From IMG/VR virus record IMGVR_UViG_3300023174_000038, positions 124,001 to 188,000 of that record: DNA of 64,000 nucleotides; one strand, written 5' to 3'. How positions within the stretch are numbered: the first letter of the stretch is position 1; every line of letters begins with the position of its first letter. The position numbers were made by a program, and so were the translations under genes. This document shows, piece after piece, positions 41,469 to 49,872 of the stretch. A model generated the notes under the pieces. It saw only the letters and a list, made by a program, of their open reading frames with translations, was not told the origin of the DNA and ran no database searches.

Positions 41469-42260
41469 ATGACACAACGTATTCTTATTATGGGCTTGCC
41501 CGGCGCAGGCAAAACTTATTTGGCACAACACTTACTTGGGCATCTACAAACGGCTAATAAACGAGTAGCTTGGCTTAACGCAGACGATGTCCGTAAAAAA
41601 TATAACGACTGGGACTTCAGTAAAGAAGGTCGCATTCGTCAAAGTCTACGTATGCGTGAACTAGCAGATAACATGACTGACACTGACTACGTTATATGCG
41701 ATTTTGTTGCACCATTGGTTGAAATGCGTAATAACTTTAAAGCTGATTGGACTATCTGGGTTGATACTATCAGTGAAGGTAGATACGAAGATACTAATAA
41801 AGCATTCGTCCCACCAGAAGTATATGACTTCCGTATCACAGAACAAAATAGTGAAAAATGGAGTGAGTTCATCTTTGCACATATATACGATAATAGACGT
41901 AGACCAACATTCAATTGGCAAAAAGAAACGGTACAGATGCTAGGAAGGTGGCAACCATGGCATGATGGTCATCGTGCATTGTTTGAACGTGCTATTGCTA
42001 AAACAGGACAAGTAATTATTCAAATACGTGACTGTCAAGGCTGGCAAGGTAGTAACCCATTTGAAATAGAAAAGGTCAAATCATTCATTAAACGTGATTT
42101 GGACATGTTATATCAAGGTCAATATGAAATTCAAGTTGTACCAAATATCACTAACATTACTTATGGGCGTGATGTTGGTTATAAAATTGAACAAGAAACA
42201 TTTGACGAAAAAATTCATGCTATAAGTGCCACAAGTATACGTAAAATGTTAGGATTATAA
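41469..42260 (+). CDS. Adenylylsulfate kinase (CysC)-like domain fused to an HxGH nucleotidyltransferase domain
   Basis: GLPGAGKT P-loop, LNADDVR, DFSKEGR; C-terminal GRWQPWHDGH and ISATSIR motifs. Confidence 0.75.
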   Translation: MTQRILIMGLPGAGKTYLAQHLLGHLQTANKRVAWLNADDVRKKYNDWDFSKEGRIRQSLRMRELADNMTDTDYVICDFVAPLVEMRNNFKADWTIWVDTISEGRYEDTNKAFVPPEVYDFRITEQNSEKWSEFIFAHIYDNRRRPTFNWQKETVQMLGRWQPWHDGHRALFERAIAKTGQVIIQIRDCQGWQGSNPFEIEKVKSFIKRDLDMLYQGQYEIQVVPNITNITYGRDVGYKIEQETFDEKIHAISATSIRKMLGL

Positions 42261-42294
42261 ACCAGTCTTTTTAAATTAGATAAGTAGTTATCTA

Positions 42295-42732
42295 ATGAAT
42301 ACATTTCAATCGTCTTACGACAATAGATTACAATCTTGGTATAATTTACGCAATCAAATCAAATCACTTGATTTAGCTCAACAATGTGTGGAAATTGACA
42401 AGTGGTGGCAACAAGCCCCACTTGTCAACCACTATCTACACCCAATTGATTTACCCACATGGCCCGGGCCTTGGGAGCTTTTGGTAGAAAACACCTACTG
42501 TACGCTTGCAAGAGGACTAGGAATGTGCTATACTCTACTATTAATGAATATTACTGATATAGAGTTTGTGTTAGCTACTGATAGTCAAGGAAATGACACA
42601 TCATTAGTCTTGGTAGACAACGCAAAATATCTGCTTAATTACTGGCCAAACACCGTGATAAGTAATAATCTACAAGATTTTAAAATAGTAAGCAAATTAG
42701 ATATAACAACAATTAATAATAAGATAGGGTAA
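42295..42732 (+). CDS. Hypothetical protein, weak transglutaminase-like (BTLCP) resemblance
   Basis: WPGPWELL...YC...YTL pattern; no clear catalytic His. Confidence 0.4.
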   Translation: MNTFQSSYDNRLQSWYNLRNQIKSLDLAQQCVEIDKWWQQAPLVNHYLHPIDLPTWPGPWELLVENTYCTLARGLGMCYTLLLMNITDIEFVLATDSQGNDTSLVLVDNAKYLLNYWPNTVISNNLQDFKIVSKLDITTINNKIG

Positions 42733-42734
42733 AA

Positions 42735-44207
42735 ATGAAAATATACGTCACCAAAAGAGATGGGACAAAAGAGCCATTAATGTTAGAAAAATGGCAAGCG
42801 CAAGTAGCAAAAATATGTGTGGGGATACCTGATGTTAGCCCTTCAATGGTAGAGATAAAATCACAACTACACTTCTATGATGGAATTTCAACACAAGAAA
42901 TTGATGGAATTACATTACGTGCAGTTGTTGATTTGATTGACGTAGAAAACAATCCAGATGTAGGACATACAAACTATCAATATGTAGCAGGTAAACAACG
43001 TCTATCAATGTTACGTAAAGATGTATATGGTAACTACGAGCCTCCCCGTCTGTATGATATCGTAGTAACTAATGTAGCTACAGGATTATATACACCAGAA
43101 TTACTAGAATGGTATAGTGAAGAAGATTGGAACAAGATGGATGACATGCTTGACCATTCTAAGGACGAGCAATATAGTTATGCCGCCATTGAACAATTGA
43201 TTGAAAAATATCTAGTAAAGAATAGATCAACAAAACAAACATATGAAACACCTCAAGTTAGATACATGGTTGCAGCCGCTACAGTTTTTCATAAAGAAGA
43301 ACCTAATAGTGCCCGTATGCGTTATATTAAAGAATATTATAATGCAGCCAGTGATGGGTTGTTTACTCTTGCTACTCCTGTGCTTGCAGGCTTGGGTACT
43401 CCAACAAAGCAATTTTCATCCTGTGTTCTTATTCGCTCCGACGACGATTTGGATAGTATTTTTGCTAGCGGAGAAATGATGGCAAAATATGCTAGTAAAC
43501 GTGCTGGCATTGGTTTAGAAATAGGAAGACTACGACCATTAGGCAGTCCTATTCGTGGTGGTGAGATTATGCATACAGGCATGATCCCATTCTTAAAGAA
43601 ATGGTTTGGTGACTTAAGAAGTTGCAGTCAAGGAGGTATTCGTAATGCAAGTGCTACAGTATTTTATCCCATTTGGCATCATCAGTTTGATGACCTTATC
43701 GTACTTAAAAACAATCAAGGAACAGACGAAACTAGAGTCAGGTTCATGGACTATGGGGTTGTTCTTAGTGCATTCTTCTGGAGACGATTTAAAAACAAAG
43801 AACAAATAACATTCTTTGATCCCAATGAAGTGCCTGACTTATATGAAGCATTTTACAAAAACACAGAACTATTTGAAGAACTATATGTAAAATACGAAAA
43901 ACGTAAAGACTTACGAAAGAAAACAATGTCGGCCGAAGAAGTATTCAAGTCGGGCATTCTTAAAGAACGAACAGATACAGGACGTATCTACCTAGTGTTC
44001 GTTGATAATGTTATGAATCAAGGACCATTTGATCCTGAATATCATACAATTTACCAGTCAAATTTATGTTGCGAGATCCTTTTGCCCACCAAGAGTTTCA
44101 AGAGAATGAATCCGGAACGCAAGTTAATTCGTGTCAAGAAATCTAATGTTGACGAGTTTATGAAAACGAAATCAAACGACATTGTTAACATTAGGAAGAT
44201 AAAATAG
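42735..44207 (+). CDS. nrdA: Ribonucleotide reductase class Ia alpha subunit, N-terminal fragment
   Basis: ATP-cone start (VTKRDG), QFSSCVL, CSQGGIR, ER..TGRIY and QSNLCCEI active-site loop; ends 33 aa after PTKSFKR. Confidence 0.95.
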   Translation: MKIYVTKRDGTKEPLMLEKWQAQVAKICVGIPDVSPSMVEIKSQLHFYDGISTQEIDGITLRAVVDLIDVENNPDVGHTNYQYVAGKQRLSMLRKDVYGNYEPPRLYDIVVTNVATGLYTPELLEWYSEEDWNKMDDMLDHSKDEQYSYAAIEQLIEKYLVKNRSTKQTYETPQVRYMVAAATVFHKEEPNSARMRYIKEYYNAASDGLFTLATPVLAGLGTPTKQFSSCVLIRSDDDLDSIFASGEMMAKYASKRAGIGLEIGRLRPLGSPIRGGEIMHTGMIPFLKKWFGDLRSCSQGGIRNASATVFYPIWHHQFDDLIVLKNNQGTDETRVRFMDYGVVLSAFFWRRFKNKEQITFFDPNEVPDLYEAFYKNTELFEELYVKYEKRKDLRKKTMSAEEVFKSGILKERTDTGRIYLVFVDNVMNQGPFDPEYHTIYQSNLCCEILLPTKSFKRMNPERKLIRVKKSNVDEFMKTKSNDIVNIRKIK

Positions 44208-44215
44208 TAGGTAAT

Positions 44216-44251
44216 AGTATTTCAAGTATAAATAAGAGTATAGGAAATACT
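44216..44251 (+). promoter_or_regulatory. Late promoter within an RBS-sequestering hairpin upstream of the GIY-YIG gene
   Basis: AGTATTTC (44216-44223) is complementary to GAAATACT (44244-44251), which overlaps the AGGA RBS; TATAAATA (44227-44234) lies between the arms. Confidence 0.7.
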
Positions 44252-44254
44252 TTT

Positions 44255-45079
44255 ATGAAGAAATACATTATCTATTGTCATACACTAAATGGTAAGAAAT
44301 ACATAGGTTATACAAGTAAAACGATGGAAGAACGATTGCAGGATCATATTGGAGAAGCATTAGAAGGAAGTGATAGACATTTCCATCGTGCTATCAAAAA
44401 GTATGGGTCTGAAAATATTGTCTCAGAAATCTTAGCAGAAGTATACAATAAAGACGAAGCCAAAAAGTTAGAAGAAACTTTCGTTGAAAAGTTAGATACT
44501 TTCAAAAATGGCTATAATATGACTCGCGGCGGTGATGGTGGCAACACTCTTGAAAAATATACAGACGAAAAGATGAAAGAGCATCGTAAATTGAAATCTT
44601 ATAACGCTGTTGGAATGAACAATGGCAACGCAAAGCCTAATATTACCAAAGAAATGATAGTAGATGCTGTAGTTCAATTTTGTATTGAGAACAATAAACA
44701 AGGCGATTATTTGTTAAGAAAAGAGATTGAATCGATCCTCAAAGAGCAATTGGGCGTTAGTCAAATGATATTAAAGAATAGAATTGATAATGGGCTAAAA
44801 CAGTTAATTGATGAAGTAAACAAGAAGTTATCTACCCCTGTAAAATATGATCCATACTATAGAGGTGAGGATCATAAGAAGCGGTTAGCATCGGCAACAT
44901 CAAAGTTGCGCTGGGCGACAAATGGTATTGATAATGTAAAACTACCGGCAGATGAATTGGATAAATTTCTCAAAGAAAACCCAACATATAAACAAGGTAG
45001 AAAATTGAAGAATAGTGAAGATAGAAAAGAAATTAAATCAAAGTTGGGTTATAGTAGAATAGGATTAGGGAATGTATGA
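44255..45079 (+). CDS. GIY-YIG homing endonuclease (free-standing, inside split nrdA)
   Basis: YIIY...KKYIGYT...R...H...E...GYNMTRGG GIY-YIG motifs. Confidence 0.85.
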   Translation: MKKYIIYCHTLNGKKYIGYTSKTMEERLQDHIGEALEGSDRHFHRAIKKYGSENIVSEILAEVYNKDEAKKLEETFVEKLDTFKNGYNMTRGGDGGNTLEKYTDEKMKEHRKLKSYNAVGMNNGNAKPNITKEMIVDAVVQFCIENNKQGDYLLRKEIESILKEQLGVSQMILKNRIDNGLKQLIDEVNKKLSTPVKYDPYYRGEDHKKRLASATSKLRWATNGIDNVKLPADELDKFLKENPTYKQGRKLKNSEDRKEIKSKLGYSRIGLGNV

Positions 45080-45372
45080 ACAAACGAATCAAACAGTTAG
45101 CAACAGAAGTTGGTATCAGTGTTGAATACTTAAACAATACCAAACAGTGGCCATTGATAGAGGCATTAGCCGAAAGAATTGTAGAAGAATGTATCGGATG
45201 TTGTGAACAAGTTATTAGTGATCCTGTTCCTGAATCAGTTGATACTTTTGAACAAGGTGGAATTCATTGTATAGATGAGATTCGACAACACTTTGGTATT
45301 GGTATGAGCACAGAAGATAAAAAGATCCTAATCAAAGAACTGTTAGGAGTAAAAAATGAACGATCGGATTAA
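45076..45372 (+). CDS. Hypothetical phage protein (MNxRIKQLA family)
   Basis: ATGA-coupled; similar to the next ORF (RIKQLA...AExIxxEC). Confidence 0.6.
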   Translation: MNKRIKQLATEVGISVEYLNNTKQWPLIEALAERIVEECIGCCEQVISDPVPESVDTFEQGGIHCIDEIRQHFGIGMSTEDKKILIKELLGVKNERSD

Positions 45373-45574
45373 ACAACTCGCTGAACAGGCTAGACAAGAA
45401 TTTTTACAATTGCCAACAGGATACACAGCAGAACAAGTTGGAATGTATCCCCAGTTGATGGAACGGTTCGCCGAACTAATCATCACAGAATGTTTGGATA
45501 TTGCCAACGACACACGATATGATGGCAAGGTAGTTGCCAACCGTATCAAGTTTGTTTTTGAAGTTGAAGAATGA
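45356..45574 (+). CDS. Hypothetical phage protein (MNxRIKQLA family)
   Basis: AGGAG RBS; MNDRIKQLAEQA...ERFAELIITEC. Confidence 0.6.
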   Translation: MNDRIKQLAEQARQEFLQLPTGYTAEQVGMYPQLMERFAELIITECLDIANDTRYDGKVVANRIKFVFEVEE

Positions 45575-45843
45575 TTGATTATTACCAAGCACTAAGAGAA
45601 ATGCACCAGGGCAATGTAGTTAAATATGTTGGCACGGTAAATGGAAATGTAATGAGCGACAAGGGTGCTAGTTTCTGTATGTGCCGTGGTTGTATCTTTT
45701 TATTCGACAACGGTGTAATCAAATGGAACAAGTTGGGATATATGGTTTACGACCCAGACTATCGTTATGAGCTAACTGGAGAGACAGTTGATCCAAGGGC
45801 ATGGAAACCAGAAGAGACAAAAAAGCAAAAGGATAAAGAATGA
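45571..45843 (+). CDS. Hypothetical protein
   Basis: ATGA-coupled at both ends; CxCxxC motif. Confidence 0.55.
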   Translation: MIDYYQALREMHQGNVVKYVGTVNGNVMSDKGASFCMCRGCIFLFDNGVIKWNKLGYMVYDPDYRYELTGETVDPRAWKPEETKKQKDKE

Positions 45844-46856
45844 ACAAGTTATACGAAGAAATAGAATATCTACCCGAAGAGTTAGATGACGAATATGAAT
45901 ACTATGAAATTGACGAAGCGGAGGGACGAATCGCTTTATGTACGCTGGGATCTATTAACTGGGGTGCGTTCCGTAATCCTGAAGACATGCGCCGTGCTTG
46001 TCGCATATTGCATCGTAGCCTCAATAACATTCTTGACTATCAAGATTTTCTATCCATTCAATCTAAACTATCAAACGATGAAATCAGACCTCTTGGAATT
46101 GGAATCACTAATCTTGCCTACTGGCACGCCAAGCGAAGTCTTAAGTACGGAGAGAAAGACTCCTTGGCTGAAGTCAAGACGTGGATGGAACACTTATCCT
46201 TCTACTTAACTGAAGCAAGTGTAGAACTAGCACAAGAACGCGGTCGTTGTGAACATAGCGATAAAACACGTTATGGTCAAGGCATCTTCCCCTGGGAACT
46301 ACGTGCTAAAGGTGTAAACGAATTAACTAACTTTGATCCAGAACTTAATTGGGAAGGACTACGTGCTATGATGCGTAGTCATGGTGTCCGTAATGCTACG
46401 CAAATGGCTGTTGCTCCTGTAGAATCAAGTAGTGTAGTTATTAATAGCACTAATGGTATTGAAATGCCAATGAGTTTGATAAGTGTTAAAGAAAGTAAAG
46501 CAGGAAGTTTTGTACAAGTTGTTCCAGAATATCATAAGTTGAAAAACAAATATCAATTGATGTGGGATCAAAAAGATTGTGATGGTTATCTAAAAACAGC
46601 GGCAGTGATTGCAGCCTATGTTGACCAAAGCATAAGTACTAATACGTTTTATAATCCAGCACATTTCCCTGAGCGTAAAGTCCCAACAACATTGATTGCT
46701 AAGAACTTAATGCAGGCACACTATTATGGTATCAAGACCTTCTATTATAGCTTGATTAACAAAGCAGGTAGTAAGAGCCAAGATGAAACTGTATTAGATT
46801 TACCAAGTGGCTTTAATGATATGGATGAAGAAGATTGCGAGGCTTGTAAATTATAA
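45840..46856 (+). CDS. nrdA: Ribonucleotide reductase class Ia alpha subunit, C-terminal fragment
   Basis: AAGGA RBS; EGRIALCTL resolving Cys, RPLGIG, APVESSS, NGIE, DQSIS, KTFYY tyrosine pair, C-terminal CEACKL. Confidence 0.95.
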   Translation: MNKLYEEIEYLPEELDDEYEYYEIDEAEGRIALCTLGSINWGAFRNPEDMRRACRILHRSLNNILDYQDFLSIQSKLSNDEIRPLGIGITNLAYWHAKRSLKYGEKDSLAEVKTWMEHLSFYLTEASVELAQERGRCEHSDKTRYGQGIFPWELRAKGVNELTNFDPELNWEGLRAMMRSHGVRNATQMAVAPVESSSVVINSTNGIEMPMSLISVKESKAGSFVQVVPEYHKLKNKYQLMWDQKDCDGYLKTAAVIAAYVDQSISTNTFYNPAHFPERKVPTTLIAKNLMQAHYYGIKTFYYSLINKAGSKSQDETVLDLPSGFNDMDEEDCEACKL

Positions 46857-47563
46857 TGAACTATCAAAAAATATATAATAATTTAATAGAGCGTTCAAAA
46901 AACCGATTAGTTGAAGGATATAGTGAAAAACATCACATTATCCCTCGCTGCCTAGGTGGAACAAATGAAAAAGAAAATATTACTCGGTTAACTGCGGAAG
47001 AACACTATTTGGCTCATCAACTTCTTGTTAAGATGTATCCTAACAATTTTAAACTAATTCGTGCAATGCATATGATGACAGTTAATAGTAATTATACTAT
47101 AAGAAACAATAAATCATTTGGTTGGATTCGCAGACAAAACGCCATTGCAATGTCGGTAAGTATGAAGGTATATCAAAAAGAAAACGGTCACCCAAGAGGT
47201 ATGGCAGGTAAAACTAATACAATAGCGTCTAACATTAAACGCTCGGGTAGTATGAAGGGTATACCGTGCCCAAGTCGCGGTGTAAGAGGGCCGAGAGGAT
47301 CACGGGCATCCCCGCTAAAAGTAGTATGTCGGTTAGATAATAGAAAAGAGTTAGATATGGCAAATTTTATGGCATACTGCAAGAGATTAGATAATCCTGC
47401 AAAAGCAATAGAACAAGATGCTAATCGTTCAAAAGCAACAAAAGGTATTCCAAAACCGCAAGAAAAAGTTAAATGTCCGCATTGTCTATTAATCGGCGGA
47501 GCAAATATTATGAAGCATCATCATTTTGATAATTGTAAAGAAAAGAAAGAAGAACATGTCTAA
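46856..47563 (+). CDS. HNH homing endonuclease (MobE-like) between nrdA and nrdB
   Basis: EKHHIIPRCLGG...N...LTAEEHYLAH; C-terminal CPHC...H...C finger; same position as T4 mobE. Confidence 0.85.
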   Translation: MNYQKIYNNLIERSKNRLVEGYSEKHHIIPRCLGGTNEKENITRLTAEEHYLAHQLLVKMYPNNFKLIRAMHMMTVNSNYTIRNNKSFGWIRRQNAIAMSVSMKVYQKENGHPRGMAGKTNTIASNIKRSGSMKGIPCPSRGVRGPRGSRASPLKVVCRLDNRKELDMANFMAYCKRLDNPAKAIEQDANRSKATKGIPKPQEKVKCPHCLLIGGANIMKHHHFDNCKEKKEEHV

Positions 47564-48656
47564 AGCACAGTATAATTTATCTAAACCAACTGATTACCTA
47601 AATCGTAAAATGTTTTTAGATCCTGCAGGTCCGGTCACCGTACAGAGATTTGAAGAATTTAAATATCCCAAAATTGCTAATTTTGAAGCAACGGCACGTG
47701 GTTTCTTTTGGGTTCCAGAAGAAATTTCACTAACTAAAGATGCCAATGATTTCAAAGATGCAAGCGATGCGGTTAAGCATATCTTTACTAGTAATCTATT
47801 ACGACAAACCGCATTAGATAGTTTACAGGGTAGAGGTCCAACTCAAGTTTTTACTCCGGTAGTATCTTTACCTGAATTAGAAGCATTGATGTTTAATTGG
47901 GGATTTTTTGAATCAAATATTCATAGTAGGTCATACAGTCATATTATTCGTAACATTTATGCTGTGCCAAAATCTGTATTCAATACTATCCATGATACAA
48001 AAGAAATTGTAGACATGGCAAGTAGTGTTGGACTTTATTATGATGAATTACATAAAGTTAATTGCCGTAAAGAGTTAGGTCAAGATGTTAACGAAAAAGA
48101 ACACATCAAAGCAATCTATATGGCATTACATGCTAGTTACGCATTAGAAGCATTTAGATTTATGGTATCATTTGCTACAAGTTTAGCAATGGTTGAGAAC
48201 AAAATCTTTATTGGTAATGGTAACATTATTAGTTTAATTCTCCAAGACGAATTGTTACATAAAGGTTGGACTGCTTACCTTATCAATCAAGTAGTAAAAG
48301 AAGATAGCAGATTTGCACAAGTAAAATCAGAGTGTGAAGCTGAAGTATATCAACTTTATCTAGATGTGATTCGTGAAGAAAAAGATTGGGCCGATTACCT
48401 GTTTAAGATGGGTCCAGTTATTGGTTTAAATGCAACTGTATTAAAAGACTTTGTAGATTATACTGCTGTTAGCGCATTGAAAGAGATAGGTATACGATAT
48501 AATAGTCCCGCACCAAAGAGTACACCTATTCCCTGGTTCAATAAACACAGTGATACAAGTAAAAAACAATCTGCATTGCAAGAAACAGAATCAACAAATT
48601 ATGTTATAGGAATAATGAGTGAATCATTAGACTATGATGACTTACCAAATATTTAA
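47556..48656 (+). CDS. nrdB: Ribonucleotide reductase class Ia beta subunit
   Basis: FFWVPEEI, LDSLQGRGP, ESNIHSRSY (radical Tyr), LEAFRF, DELLH; likely start ATG 47556 (MSKAQY). Confidence 0.95.
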   Translation: MSKAQYNLSKPTDYLNRKMFLDPAGPVTVQRFEEFKYPKIANFEATARGFFWVPEEISLTKDANDFKDASDAVKHIFTSNLLRQTALDSLQGRGPTQVFTPVVSLPELEALMFNWGFFESNIHSRSYSHIIRNIYAVPKSVFNTIHDTKEIVDMASSVGLYYDELHKVNCRKELGQDVNEKEHIKAIYMALHASYALEAFRFMVSFATSLAMVENKIFIGNGNIISLILQDELLHKGWTAYLINQVVKEDSRFAQVKSECEAEVYQLYLDVIREEKDWADYLFKMGPVIGLNATVLKDFVDYTAVSALKEIGIRYNSPAPKSTPIPWFNKHSDTSKKQSALQETESTNYVIGIMSESLDYDDLPNI

Positions 48657-48667
48657 GGAGAACAAAA

Positions 48668-48898
48668 ATGAAAGCAGTTATTTGGTCAAAGTACCATTGT
48701 CCCTATTGTGACCAAGCAAAGGCATTATTGGGACAACTAGATATACCGTTTGAAGAAAAGAAAATCGGAGACGGGTATACAAAAGAAGAACTATTAGAAG
48801 CAATTCCATCAGCAAGAACAGTACCACAGATTATTATCAATGGTGAATTAATCGGTGGATTTAACGAACTTAAACAATTTTTAACAAAGGCAGCGTAG
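48668..48898 (+). CDS. Glutaredoxin
   Basis: CPYC, RTVPQI and IGGF motifs; AAGGAG RBS. Confidence 0.92.
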   Translation: MKAVIWSKYHCPYCDQAKALLGQLDIPFEEKKIGDGYTKEELLEAIPSARTVPQIIINGELIGGFNELKQFLTKAA

Positions 48899-49483
48899 TT
48901 ATTTAAACTTGCACTTATTACCATGTGATCTGGCAAAGTTCCTTATGTCCACCTCTTTATTGCAGTGTGGACATAATTTTTTAGGTACTGGTTTTCCGTA
49001 CATAGGATTCTTTTCACCCTTATTAGCACACTGTGGTAGTTTATATCCTGATTTACCTTTATTCCATACCGTCTTACCTAGCATTTTTAATCTTCTTTTT
49101 TCAACTGACTCAGAAGATTGTTTCCTCCCGATAGCTTTATTTCTAATCAATTCCTTTGAATCATTAGACATAGTTGAACCTAATTTCCTTCCAGCTCCTG
49201 AACCTGATTCAGGTATTTTGTTAGCCCAAATTTTATTACCGTAATCATCTTGTGCTGATACTATATTCCAAAGTGTGCTATAAAAAATACCCCAATGGAT
49301 TAATACTGCTTTATCATCAGTTTGTAACAATACTTCTGTATCTATCATGTATCCATACTTACTAAGGTGCTTTTTCCAATCGGTACCTGAACCATAATAC
49401 GTATATGGATTTTGTTTTGTGTAACCAAAGTATCTAAGACCTGTCTTTTTATGGGTCTTTATATATAGTGAATAAATAGTCAT
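48899..49483 (-). CDS. Seg-like GIY-YIG homing endonuclease with NUMOD3-like repeats and Zn finger
   Basis: YSLYIKTH..TGLRYFGYT...YYGSG; WNKG, KNPMYGK, CPHC; likely start MTIYS at 49483 after AAGGA. Confidence 0.75.
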   Translation of the reverse strand: MTIYSLYIKTHKKTGLRYFGYTKQNPYTYYGSGTDWKKHLSKYGYMIDTEVLLQTDDKAVLIHWGIFYSTLWNIVSAQDDYGNKIWANKIPESGSGAGRKLGSTMSNDSKELIRNKAIGRKQSSESVEKRRLKMLGKTVWNKGKSGYKLPQCANKGEKNPMYGKPVPKKLCPHCNKEVDIRNFARSHGNKCKFK

Positions 49484-49543
49484 GCTGTGATTCCTTTTCA
49501 ATCATAGAGTAGTTGGGAACTCCAATTCCGCGAACTACACTCT

Positions 49544-49551
49544 TATTTATA
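49544..49551 (-). promoter_or_regulatory. T4-type late promoter for the minus-strand endonuclease
   Basis: TATTTATA on + is TATAAATA on -, about 60 nt upstream of ATG 49483. Confidence 0.65.
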
Positions 49552-49565
49552 CAAAAAGGATAAAA

Positions 49566-49871
49566 ATGAAATTTATAACAGGGTCGGTCATGACGATAAA
49601 AATGAATAGCGGAGAAGAGTTAATAGCCAAAGTGACTAGCACACCTGATGAAGGTGGGTTTATCACCATTGAAGAACCAGTATCTATTGCACCAAGTCAA
49701 CAGGGTATGCAAATGATTCCAAGTATCTTTACCGCAGATCCGAAGGGTGAATTTAAGCTAAATACTACTAGTGTTGCAATGTATGCAGAGACAGATGATA
49801 ACATCAAAGACAAGTACCTAGAAGCAACAACTGGCATTAAGGTACCTAGTAAAAAAATCGTATTGGGATAA
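49566..49871 (+). CDS. Conserved T4-like phage protein, probable Sm-like beta fold
   Basis: TIKMNSGEELIAKV...EP pattern; AAGGA RBS. Confidence 0.5.
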   Translation: MKFITGSVMTIKMNSGEELIAKVTSTPDEGGFITIEEPVSIAPSQQGMQMIPSIFTADPKGEFKLNTTSVAMYAETDDNIKDKYLEATTGIKVPSKKIVLG

Positions 49872-49872
49872 A

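Noticed and set aside
44106-45914. Group I intron or split intein in nrdA
   Set aside because: The gap is fully coding with overlapping ORFs. The extensions lack an N-terminal Cys/Ser intein block and a His-Asn C-terminus.
48909-49244. 111-aa plus-strand ORF
   Set aside because: Antisense shadow of the minus-strand endonuclease, which has the recognisable motifs, RBS and promoter.
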